Part shown: one piece after another, positions 24,402 to 32,200 of the stretch
Numbering within the stretch: the stretch's first letter is position 1
Layout of the letters: each line of letters starts with the position of its first letter
Origin: an uncultured Ruminococcus sp.
GTDB lineage: Bacteria; Bacillota; Clostridia; Oscillospirales; Ruminococcaceae
DNA: 42,862 nucleotides
Reading direction: 5' to 3'
Assembly (NCBI GenBank): GCA_902796255.1
Contig: CADBOP010000077.1
Span: forward strand, 1-42,862
The notes under the pieces: model-generated
Databases searched by the model: none
Told to the model about the DNA's origin: nothing
What the model saw: the letters and a program-made list of their open reading frames with translations, nothing else
Made by a program: the position numbers and the translations under genes

Positions 24402-25421
24402 ATGAGTATTCCCGATATTGGCATTGACCTTGGTACAGCCAATCTTGTCATGACCTACGGCCGAAAAGGTGTTGTTCTTTCTGAACCTTCGGTGATTGCA
24501 TATAACAAATGCACACAGAGAATTCTGGCTGTAGGAAAAGAAGCATATCAGATGATTGGAAAAAATCCGCCTTATATCGATGTTGTGCATCCTGTTGCAG
24601 ACGGGGTGATTTCTGATGATATGCTGACCCAATGCATGATTCGTGAATTTTTACAGAAAGTCTGCGGACATCAGCTTGTCAAGCCGAGAATTATTATCTG
24701 TGTACCGGCTTTTATTACTGATTTGGAAAAACGTGCTGTGGGTGATGCCGTAATGAGTGCAGGCTGCCGGAAAGCTTATCTGATTGATGAGCCAATTGCC
24801 GCCATGCTGGGGGCTGGCATTAATATCGGCCGTGCAAAAGGCCATATGGTTGTGGATATCGGCGGCGGTACAACAGATGTGGCTATTGTTTCCATGAACG
24901 GCATTGTGACTTCCCATTCTGTCAAGAGTGCAGGCAATCAGATTGACAGGGCAATTATGAAATATATGATGAATCGCTACAAACTTCTGATTGGCGAACA
25001 GACGGCCGAACATGTCAAGAAAACGCTGACAAATCTTTATGACCCCAGTGCAGAAATCACAATGGCTGTCAAAGGCAGAAATATTCTCCGTGGGCTGCCG
25101 GATACGGTCGAGCTGTCAGAACTGGAATTATTCGATGCTGTAGAAGATGAAATTTTTGCCATTATGGAAGCAATAAAAAAAGTACTGGAAGAAACCCCGC
25201 CGGAACTTGTCGGAGATATTCAGGAAAACGGTATTTTACTGACCGGCGGGGGGGCTTTGCTGGGTGGTTTGCGTGAACTGATACACAGAACGCTCAATGT
25301 CAACTGTGTGCTTGCAAGAGATACGATGCACTGTGTTGCTAAAGGAACAGGCATGGCATTTCAGAAAATCAATAATCTGCTTGATGGCTTTGAAGGTGTG
25401 ACAATTTATAAATACAGATAA
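24402..25421 (+). CDS. mreB: MreB/Mbl actin-like protein
   Basis: IGIDLGTAN, DEPIAAMLGAG and VVDIGGGTTDVA actin-fold phosphate and adenosine motifs; 339 aa. Confidence 0.92.
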   Translation: MSIPDIGIDLGTANLVMTYGRKGVVLSEPSVIAYNKCTQRILAVGKEAYQMIGKNPPYIDVVHPVADGVISDDMLTQCMIREFLQKVCGHQLVKPRIIICVPAFITDLEKRAVGDAVMSAGCRKAYLIDEPIAAMLGAGINIGRAKGHMVVDIGGGTTDVAIVSMNGIVTSHSVKSAGNQIDRAIMKYMMNRYKLLIGEQTAEHVKKTLTNLYDPSAEITMAVKGRNILRGLPDTVELSELELFDAVEDEIFAIMEAIKKVLEETPPELVGDIQENGILLTGGGALLGGLRELIHRTLNVNCVLARDTMHCVAKGTGMAFQKINNLLDGFEGVTIYKYR

Positions 25422-25446
25422 GAAATATATCCGGAAGTTATTATTA

Positions 25447-26313
25447 TTGCTTCTGTATCTTGCAGCCGTCAGCGGTTTTTGTCTGTACCGGCTTCATGCA
25501 TATCAGCTTTCGTTTGAAGAAATACAGCCCTATTCGCATTATTATGAAACCACAGAAACAGAAACAGAAACGTTGTCTGAAACACTTCTGCTTACAGAAA
25601 CGCTTCTGCCTTCAGATACTTTTCCGGAATCTGAAAAAATGACAAAACCGACAGAAACAGAAACTGTCTCTGAAACACTGCCTGTTACCACAGCCGCAGA
25701 AATCACAGAACAGCCTGAAAGTTCCCCTGAAACTGCCCCTGTACCGGAAATACAGTTTCCGCTGGAACTGAATCATGCCAGTCTGGAAGAATTATGTGCC
25801 ATTCCGCAAATCGGCACTGTCAAAGCACAAAATATCATAGACTATCGTGAAGCACACGGCGGATTTCAGAACTGTCAGCAGCTTCTGGAAGTATCCGGAA
25901 TTGGTGAAACTATTTATCAGCAGATTCTGCCCTATGTCTATCTGGAAGCAGAATATTTTCCGACAGAACAGGAGCAGGAACAGGAAATCATAGAAAATGC
26001 AGAAATGCCTGAACCAGACCCGACAGAACCACCGGACGAAACCCTTCCGCCGGAAATTCCCGTCATCAATCTGAATACCGCCACAAAAGAACAATTGCTT
26101 CTGCTGCCGGACTGTGACGAAGCTCTTGCTGATGAAATTCTTGTACTGCGTGACAGGGACATTCATGTTTTTTATCATGTTCTGGAAATCACGCTTGCCG
26201 AACATGTCACGCCCGAATTATTCCAGAAATGGGAAGCCTATCTGACTGTTTCCGATGACGGCAGTACACAAATCCCCTATACCCGTTACCAGAATGAAGA
26301 AAATCAGGATTGA
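25447..26313 (+). CDS. ComEA-like protein with two helix-hairpin-helix modules and an acidic Thr/Glu-rich linker
   Basis: Short N-terminal hydrophobic segment and T/E/S/P-rich linker. HhH module 1: LNHASLEELCAIPQIGTVKAQNIIDYREAHGGF..LLEVSGIG. HhH module 2: INLNTATKEQLLLLPDCDEALADEIL. The start (TTG at 25447) is uncertain. Confidence 0.65.
   Translation: MLLYLAAVSGFCLYRLHAYQLSFEEIQPYSHYYETTETETETLSETLLLTETLLPSDTFPESEKMTKPTETETVSETLPVTTAAEITEQPESSPETAPVPEIQFPLELNHASLEELCAIPQIGTVKAQNIIDYREAHGGFQNCQQLLEVSGIGETIYQQILPYVYLEAEYFPTEQEQEQEIIENAEMPEPDPTEPPDETLPPEIPVINLNTATKEQLLLLPDCDEALADEILVLRDRDIHVFYHVLEITLAEHVTPELFQKWEAYLTVSDDGSTQIPYTRYQNEENQD
25552..25689 (+). repeat. Imperfect coding repeats built on (ACAGAA)n = (Thr-Glu)n
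   Basis: acagaaacagaaacagaaacgttgtctgaaacact at 25552 recurs as acagaaacagaaactgtctctgaaacact at 25651. An extra acagaaacg lies near 25594. Confidence 0.8.
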
Positions 26314-26330
26314 CAAAATCCTGATTTTAT
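26301..26330 (+). terminator. Hairpin at the end of the comEA-like gene (weak terminator) overlapping the LysR promoter -35
   Basis: Perfect 11-bp stem: aaatcaggatt (26301..26311) pairs with aatcctgattt (26317..26327), with loop gacaa, followed by tat. Confidence 0.5.
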
Positions 26331-26338
26331 GTTATAAT
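26310..26338 (+). promoter_or_regulatory. LysR-gene promoter (full consensus)
   Basis: TTGACA (26310..26315), a 17-nt spacer, then TGtTATAAT (26330..26338). Confidence 0.65.
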
Positions 26339-26353
26339 ATTATCTATAAAGCC

Positions 26354-26380
26354 TATATACATACTGGTATATTATATACC
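26354..26380. promoter_or_regulatory. Palindromic operator candidates (LysR-box-like) in the LysR leader
   Basis: ATAC-N6-GTAT at 26357..26370. A perfect 7-1-7 palindrome, GGTATAT-T-ATATACC, at 26366..26380 abuts the AAGGAGG RBS. Confidence 0.45.
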
Positions 26381-26394
26381 AAGGAGGAATGAAA

Positions 26395-27297
26395 ATGACA
26401 TTACAGCAACTGCATTATGCAATCGTGATTTCTGAAACTGGTTCTATGAACAAAGCCGCCGAACTTCTTTATATTGCACAGCCTTCACTTACAAGTGCAA
26501 TGAAAGAACTGGAAAAAGAAATTGGTATTACCATTTTCAACAGGAGCGGAAAAGGTGTTTCTCTCACGGCAGACGGAACAGAATTTCTGACCTATGCCAG
26601 ACAAGTCTATCAACAGTATGAAACTTTGCAGGAAAAGTATACCAGCAATGCAATACGAAAAAAATTCGGTGTCTCTGCCCAGCACTATTCTTTTGCTGTC
26701 AAAGCCTTTGTCGAGCTGGTCAAGCAGTTCGATACCTGTGAATATGAATTTGCAATCCGTGAAACCAAAACCGCCGAAGTCATCTCCGATGTCAATACTA
26801 TGAAAAGTGAAATCGGCATTTTATATCTCAGTGATTTCAACAGACAGATTATGCAAAAACTCTTTCAGACAAATCATCTGGAATTTCATCCGCTGATTAA
26901 CTGCGGTGTATATGTCTATCTCTGGAAAGGCCATCCGCTTGCCAAAAATAAAAAAATTGAATTTGAAGAACTGGAAAAATATCCCTGTCTGACATTTGAA
27001 CAGGGTGACAAAAGCTCTTTCTATTTTGCCGAAGAAATTTTCAGTACCAATGATTATGCACGAGTGATTAAAGCCTCTGACCGCTCCACAATGCTGAATC
27101 TGATGAAAGGGCTGGACGGTTATACTTTCTGTTCCGGCATTATCTGTGATACGCTCAACGGCTCGGATTATACAGCCGTTCCGCTGAATAATGACAGCAT
27201 TATGGAAATTGGCTATATCACAAGAAAAAACATAATTTTAAGCAATCTTGGAAAATTATATATTCAGGAACTGGAGCAATATTTAAAACAAAAATAA
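26395..27297 (+). CDS. LysR family transcriptional regulator
   Basis: N-terminal winged HTH (LQQLHYAIVISETGSMNKAAELLYIAQPSLTSAMKELEKEIG) plus a substrate-binding-type C-terminal domain. AAGGAGG at 26381..26387 favours the ATG at 26395. Confidence 0.9.
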   Translation: MTLQQLHYAIVISETGSMNKAAELLYIAQPSLTSAMKELEKEIGITIFNRSGKGVSLTADGTEFLTYARQVYQQYETLQEKYTSNAIRKKFGVSAQHYSFAVKAFVELVKQFDTCEYEFAIRETKTAEVISDVNTMKSEIGILYLSDFNRQIMQKLFQTNHLEFHPLINCGVYVYLWKGHPLAKNKKIEFEELEKYPCLTFEQGDKSSFYFAEEIFSTNDYARVIKASDRSTMLNLMKGLDGYTFCSGIICDTLNGSDYTAVPLNNDSIMEIGYITRKNIILSNLGKLYIQELEQYLKQK

Positions 27298-27335
27298 AAA
27301 AGCAGGACAGCCTAAAAGCTGTCCTGCCTGTTTTT
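27291..27335. terminator. Bidirectional terminator between convergent LysR and GH48 genes
   Basis: 10-bp GC-rich stem: gcaggacagc (27302..27311) pairs with gctgtcctgc (27318..27327). Flanked by an A-rich run (27291..27300) and a T-run (27331..27335). Confidence 0.85.
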
Positions 27336-27363
27336 ATTGACTTATTTCACGATTTTTTCCAAA

Positions 27364-30015
27364 TTACTGAATCGGGAAGTTAGACTGCTGGTACATGCCA
27401 ACAATCAGTTTCAGAATATTCAGAGAGTCAGTAGAATCCTGAATACCATTTACGTCTACGTCAGCATTTACCTTGCCCTGCGGGCTCAGAGAATCTTTAC
27501 CCATAACATACTTGTTCAGAGTGATTACGTCAAGGATATTAACGATATCGTTGCAGTCAGCATCGCCCCAGAGAGTAACTTTGAGGTCATCAGGATTGCT
27601 TTCTGCGGTTGTCGGTGTCAGGTCAGGATACAGAGTAGCCATGTCACCAAGAGCCATCATGATATCACCAGCATGCCAGAATCTGTGATAGTACAGATTT
27701 ACATCGCCGACATTCTTGAATTCAGCAAGTGCAGCAGCACCTTCTGCACTGGATGCAGAGAGGTCACTCTTGCTTGCCCAGTCAGCACCAGCAGCAACGT
27801 CCTTTTCATAAGCAGCTCTCAGTTCTTCTACCAGTGCCAAAGCACGTTCAGAAGTCTTAGCACCTTCTTTAGAACCATAGTTGCCCTCATACATTGTACG
27901 CAGGCTCAGGAAGGTTGCACCATTTTCAATAGCATCGCCATTCGGCATTGTGCCCTTGTAAGATGTCGGTACCCATGTGCCCTGAGAGAACAGACGTGCG
28001 AGAGAACCGTTGTGGTCAAGTCTTGTCAGACCAATGTTATCACGGCCAATTTTCCATTCACGGTCAAGCAGCTGCTGTGCCAGATACAGACCAGCTGTAG
28101 CTGCATCAGCATCACCAGCAGCATAAACCTTGCTGCCCTTTGTGATATCAGCATTGCCTGTGATGGTAACAGAGCTGGACGGATATGCACCACCTACATC
28201 AAAGGTCTTGCCCTTGATATCAGCAGCTTCTACACCCTTAGCCTTTGCATAATAAATCAGAGTATTTGCAAGAGAAGATACGCAGCCGAAGTCGCCGTTG
28301 CCATAGCCGTTTACTTCGCATGTCAGACCGCTGTTGCCAGTCGGAGCACCGCCCCATGTATCCGGTTCGCCGGACCATGTCAGACCTGTCGGGATATAAT
28401 AATCACCGTCATTTGTCAGAACAGAGTTGTTGATGAACCAAGCAACCCACTTGTCCAGAATCTGTTCCAGTGCCTTTTCAAGAGACATGCCGCCGGGGTT
28501 TACACCAGTAGTATCACCGTTGGTCTTTACCCAGTAATACAGTTCAGACAGACGCTGTACAGCCCATACCTGGTTACCAATCCAGTTGTTGGAAACAGGG
28601 TCACCATATACCGGATGGTCCCAATATGCCATACCATAGAATGTGGACTTGCCGGACGGATATGCTTCATAACGACCCTTCCAGGAGTTTGTTGCACCAC
28701 CAGCGATAGGACCATTTGCAGACTGTAACCACAGATAGAATTCCATCTGTCTTTCGAGAGATTTTGTATAATCGTCTACAGCACCCTGTGCCTTCATGCC
28801 GCTCTTGAGTCCGCTTTCCTGAATCAAAGCGAAAGCAGCCAGCGGGTTCTGATAGAATTCATGGCAGTGAGAGCAGCCAATCTGCCATACCCAGCTCTGA
28901 CCAGAGGACTGGAGAGCACCGCCCCAGGAAGTATACCAGTTCATCAGATAGTGTGCAGAATCTGCACCGGCATTGCCGTTCTGCCAGCCAGCATAGCTGG
29001 TATCAGCAGCAATCTTCTGATAATATTTATCATACATGTTGTTACGGAGTTCGTCACCCATTTCAGCAGCCTTGGAGGTAACAGAAGCATCACCAACGCC
29101 CCACATGTTAGCATCATATACACCCTGAATAGCACGGTCTTCAGCGTCAGGTGCGTTTGTGTAAGCCCACTGCGGTGTAACAGGGTTATCTCTGTTGAAT
29201 ACACCCTTGATACCCTGCTGTGCATTACCATACTTGAGCTGGTCAACGCAGGGCTGCGGAACAGTTTCCCAGCAGGATTCCTGCTCACCACGCTGGAATG
29301 TATTGATGAATGTAAAGTTTGTGCCCTCACCGAAACCATACCAGTTGTCAACGTCAGCGAGCCAGTGCATCAGGTACAGACCGCCCTTGCCGTCTTTGCC
29401 GTTATATACACTTGTAAATTTGTTGTAAATCGGGTTGGAAGCAGTGTGGTCAGCTTCACCGGCATGATGGTCAGGACAATCCTGAGGCATATCATATTCG
29501 CCGCAGTACTGAGCACTTACAGAACCAGCAGTCCAGAAATTATCCTGAACTTCCGGAACCATAACTTCCAGAGTTTTCCAAGCCTTAGCAAGGTCGCCTG
29601 TATACTGTACATTGCCTTTTTTTACCTGGTCAGCATGATTCTTTGCAATGTTATCTCTCATTGCAGCAGCCCATACCAGATAGGACATAGCTTCAGATGT
29701 TGTTTCATGACCATAGTCAGGAGCTTCAATAATTACTTCTTCTACAGCATGGTACGGAATTCCGAAAGAATCGCCGCCGCCTGTATTGGAACTCAGATAG
29801 CCGTTTTCCTGACCGTTTGTGATGACATCATCATAAAGGGACAGGAAACGAGCGGCATAAGTATCATCGCCGAAAGCTTCCTCTTTTGTTCTCTGGCCGG
29901 GTGTACCATTGTTACCATTGTCGCCTGCATTTGCTACAGTAACAGCCATAGTGCTTGTCAGCATAGCGGCAGACAGGATTGCAGAAATCACTGCTTTGCT
30001 CTTTTTAAAAAGCAT
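27364..30015 (-). CDS. Glycoside hydrolase family 48 exoglucanase (cellobiohydrolase) with C-terminal dockerin
   Basis: Signal peptide. GH48 blocks GIPYHAVEEVIIEAPDYGHETTSEA, LYLMHWLADVDNWYGFG, INTFQRGEQESCWE, YTNAPDAEDRAIQ, IGCSHCH, GGATNSWKGRYE and YYHRFWH. Dockerin repeats DADCNDIVNILDVITL and DVDVNGIQDSTDSLNIL. Confidence 0.95.
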   Translation of the reverse strand: MLFKKSKAVISAILSAAMLTSTMAVTVANAGDNGNNGTPGQRTKEEAFGDDTYAARFLSLYDDVITNGQENGYLSSNTGGGDSFGIPYHAVEEVIIEAPDYGHETTSEAMSYLVWAAAMRDNIAKNHADQVKKGNVQYTGDLAKAWKTLEVMVPEVQDNFWTAGSVSAQYCGEYDMPQDCPDHHAGEADHTASNPIYNKFTSVYNGKDGKGGLYLMHWLADVDNWYGFGEGTNFTFINTFQRGEQESCWETVPQPCVDQLKYGNAQQGIKGVFNRDNPVTPQWAYTNAPDAEDRAIQGVYDANMWGVGDASVTSKAAEMGDELRNNMYDKYYQKIAADTSYAGWQNGNAGADSAHYLMNWYTSWGGALQSSGQSWVWQIGCSHCHEFYQNPLAAFALIQESGLKSGMKAQGAVDDYTKSLERQMEFYLWLQSANGPIAGGATNSWKGRYEAYPSGKSTFYGMAYWDHPVYGDPVSNNWIGNQVWAVQRLSELYYWVKTNGDTTGVNPGGMSLEKALEQILDKWVAWFINNSVLTNDGDYYIPTGLTWSGEPDTWGGAPTGNSGLTCEVNGYGNGDFGCVSSLANTLIYYAKAKGVEAADIKGKTFDVGGAYPSSSVTITGNADITKGSKVYAAGDADAATAGLYLAQQLLDREWKIGRDNIGLTRLDHNGSLARLFSQGTWVPTSYKGTMPNGDAIENGATFLSLRTMYEGNYGSKEGAKTSERALALVEELRAAYEKDVAAGADWASKSDLSASSAEGAAALAEFKNVGDVNLYYHRFWHAGDIMMALGDMATLYPDLTPTTAESNPDDLKVTLWGDADCNDIVNILDVITLNKYVMGKDSLSPQGKVNADVDVNGIQDSTDSLNILKLIVGMYQQSNFPIQ

Positions 30016-30084
30016 TCTAATTTCCCCTCTCGTTTTAGATTTAGATTTTGTTAAGATTTAAAAAAATATCACACCAATTCTGAC

Positions 30085-30120
30085 AGTCTGGCTTGCCGTC
30101 AGTGCAAACGGAAGCAGACT
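30085..30120 (-). promoter_or_regulatory. 5'-proximal stem-loop in the GH48 leader
   Basis: On the minus-strand RNA, AGUCUGCUUCCG pairs with CGGCAAGCCAGACU: 12 bp with two single-nt bulges and a 10-nt loop. It starts a few nt after the predicted TSS. Confidence 0.45.
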
Positions 30121-30131
30121 TTCATAATTTC

Positions 30132-30160
30132 ATTATAGTCAATTCCGGAGATTTTGTCAA
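30132..30160 (-). promoter_or_regulatory. GH48 promoter (perfect consensus hexamers)
   Basis: Minus strand reads TTGACA (30160..30155), a 17-nt spacer (aaatctccggaattgac), then TATAAT (30137..30132). It lies about 115 nt upstream of the ATG at 30015. Confidence 0.7.
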
Positions 30161-30449
30161 GGCTTTCACGAAAATCTGAAACAATTTTTTCATGATTTCG
30201 GCACTATTCACATGACTTGAACATCATTTTTGTATATTTTAACAACAAATTTTCAAACATTATGCAAAAGTTTTTCACGCAGCATACACAAAATACCATT
30301 ATAATAAAACAGTAAGTGTGTTTATGTATAAATTCATAGTTTGTAAATATTTTATTTATATTTTATTCATATATTTATGTAATAATAAAATTATGTATGT
30401 CCGTATTTAAAATATATAAAAAATCATAAAGAGAAAGGAAATTTTATTT

Positions 30450-31448
30450 ATGGTCGAAATCAAGAATCTGTCGAAATATTACGGCAGAAATCCCGCTGTC
30501 AAAGGCATTGACTTTGAAATACGGGATAACGAAATTCTGGGTTTTTTAGGGCCGAATGGTGCAGGAAAATCCACGACAATGAATATCATCGCCGGCTATC
30601 TGCCATCCACGGGGGGAACGGTAACAGTCAACGGCTTTGATATTACAGAACAAGCCTCAGAAGCCAAAAAATGTATCGGCTATCTGCCGGAAATTCCGCC
30701 AGTCTATCCGGATATGCGGGTAGAAGAATATCTGGATTTTGTGGCCGGCCTGAAAGGTGTGCCACGTACCGAACGGAAAAAACAAGTGGAGGATTCTATG
30801 GAAAAACTGCATATTACTGATATGCGGCGGAGATTAATCCGGAATCTGTCCAAAGGCTATAAGCAAAGAGTCGGCTTTGCACAGGCTCTGCTCGGTGACC
30901 CGAAAATTCTGATTCTGGACGAACCGACTGTCGGTCTCGACCCCTCTCAGGTAATGGAAGTCAGAAACTTAATTCTGGAACTGGGCAAGAATCATTCTGT
31001 GATATTCAGTTCACATATTCTGGCTGAAGTCAGTGCCGTGTGCGAACGTGTGGTGATTATCAACAAAGGCGAAATCATGGCTGTTGATACTATCGAAAAT
31101 CTTGAGAAAAATATGACGGCAGATACTGTCCTGAACCTGACAGCCGAGGGCGACAAGGATAAAATTACCCGCCTGCTGAAAGATGTCCGTGGTGTGACAG
31201 GCATTTCTGATATCAAAGAAATTTCCGAAAACCGCAATCTCTACCAGATTGAACTGAAAGAAGAATCTGTCCGGAATGAAATTATGTCTGTATTATTAAA
31301 TAACCAGTGCAGCATTGTGGAAATGAATCTCGCAAAATTAAATTTAGAGCAGGTATTCATGAAGATTATTCAGGAAAAGAAAAAATCCAGTCTGGAAGAA
31401 TTAATAGACGAAACCCAAGAATCCAATCCCTATGACGAGGAGGTCTGA
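30450..31448 (+). CDS. ABC transporter ATP-binding protein (GldA-like), module A
   Basis: Walker A GPNGAGKSTT, signature LSKGYKQR, Walker B LILDEPTVGLD, H-loop SSHIL. Confidence 0.92.
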   Translation: MVEIKNLSKYYGRNPAVKGIDFEIRDNEILGFLGPNGAGKSTTMNIIAGYLPSTGGTVTVNGFDITEQASEAKKCIGYLPEIPPVYPDMRVEEYLDFVAGLKGVPRTERKKQVEDSMEKLHITDMRRRLIRNLSKGYKQRVGFAQALLGDPKILILDEPTVGLDPSQVMEVRNLILELGKNHSVIFSSHILAEVSAVCERVVIINKGEIMAVDTIENLEKNMTADTVLNLTAEGDKDKITRLLKDVRGVTGISDIKEISENRNLYQIELKEESVRNEIMSVLLNNQCSIVEMNLAKLNLEQVFMKIIQEKKKSSLEELIDETQESNPYDEEV

Positions 31449-31452
31449 CCCC

Positions 31453-32184
31453 ATGTTTTCATTATATAAAAAAGAAATGCAGTCATTTTTCTTCTCGCCC
31501 TTTGCCTATGTTCTGATTGCATTATTTATGCTGATATTCAGCTTCGCTTTTATTACATCTATCGCTTCCATGAGCTCAAGTGTCCTGAAATTTTCATTTC
31601 CAAGTATTTTCTATGATAATTTCTTCTTCTTTATTTTTATTATCCCGATTCTGACAATGCGTTCTTTCGCTGATGAAAGAAAAGGCGGCACAGAAGTCCT
31701 GCTCCTGACAAGCCCCCTGAGTGTCGGAAAAATCGTACTTGCAAAATTTCTTTCGATTATTACAGTATTCGCCATCATGCTGCTTGCAACATTTTTCTTC
31801 CCTGTCTATACAGCCCTGAACGGTCAGGTAATGTGGTCTTCCCTGATATGTGCATATTTAGGCTTTTTCTTATGGGGTATGGTCTGCATAGCTGTCGGAA
31901 TGCTGCTTTCTTCTCTGACAGGAAATGCCATTATCGCCGCTGTTTTAGGCGAAATCATCATGGAAGGTACACTGCTTGCCGACCAGCTCGGCGGCTCTGC
32001 TCTGGTAAATGCTTACCCTAACCTGAACTCCCTTATCAGCTGGATTTCCATGCAAAGACGCTTTGTCGTCTTTTCACAGGGTATGTTCCGTCTGGAAGAT
32101 TTGATTTTCTTTCTGAGTGCGACAGCTGTCGTTATCTGCTGGAATATTATCGCTATCGAAAAACGCCGCTGGAGTCACAGCTAA
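31453..32184 (+). CDS. ABC-2 type permease (GldF-like), module A
   Basis: About 6 TM segments. IPILTMRSFADERKGGT loop and C-terminal EKRRWS. GAGGAGG RBS at 31436..31442 supports the ATG at 31453. Confidence 0.8.
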   Translation: MFSLYKKEMQSFFFSPFAYVLIALFMLIFSFAFITSIASMSSSVLKFSFPSIFYDNFFFFIFIIPILTMRSFADERKGGTEVLLLTSPLSVGKIVLAKFLSIITVFAIMLLATFFFPVYTALNGQVMWSSLICAYLGFFLWGMVCIAVGMLLSSLTGNAIIAAVLGEIIMEGTLLADQLGGSALVNAYPNLNSLISWISMQRRFVVFSQGMFRLEDLIFFLSATAVVICWNIIAIEKRRWSHS

Positions 32185-32200
32185 GAGGAGGAAAGCTATC

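Noticed and set aside
25552-25689. Direct repeats that at first glance resemble a short repeat array
   Set aside because: They are in-frame coding repeats for a Thr/Glu-rich linker. There is no repeat-spacer periodicity and there are no cas genes.
27337-30054. Two very long plus-strand ORFs (463 aa and 397 aa) that could be taken for genes
   Set aside because: They lie exactly antisense and in register with the well-supported GH48 gene. Their translations are low-complexity and Cys/Ser/Thr-rich, and they have no RBS. They exist only because the GH48 gene avoids TTA/CTA/TCA codons, as reported in the codon-bias finding.
32117-32200. N-terminal extensions in the ORF track (also 31432..31452, 33709..33735, 19994..20065, 26389..26394, 21435..21443, 12555..12560)
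   Set aside because: Each extension overlaps the preceding gene or the RBS. A downstream start with a properly spaced Shine-Dalgarno sequence gives a sensible N-terminus in every case.
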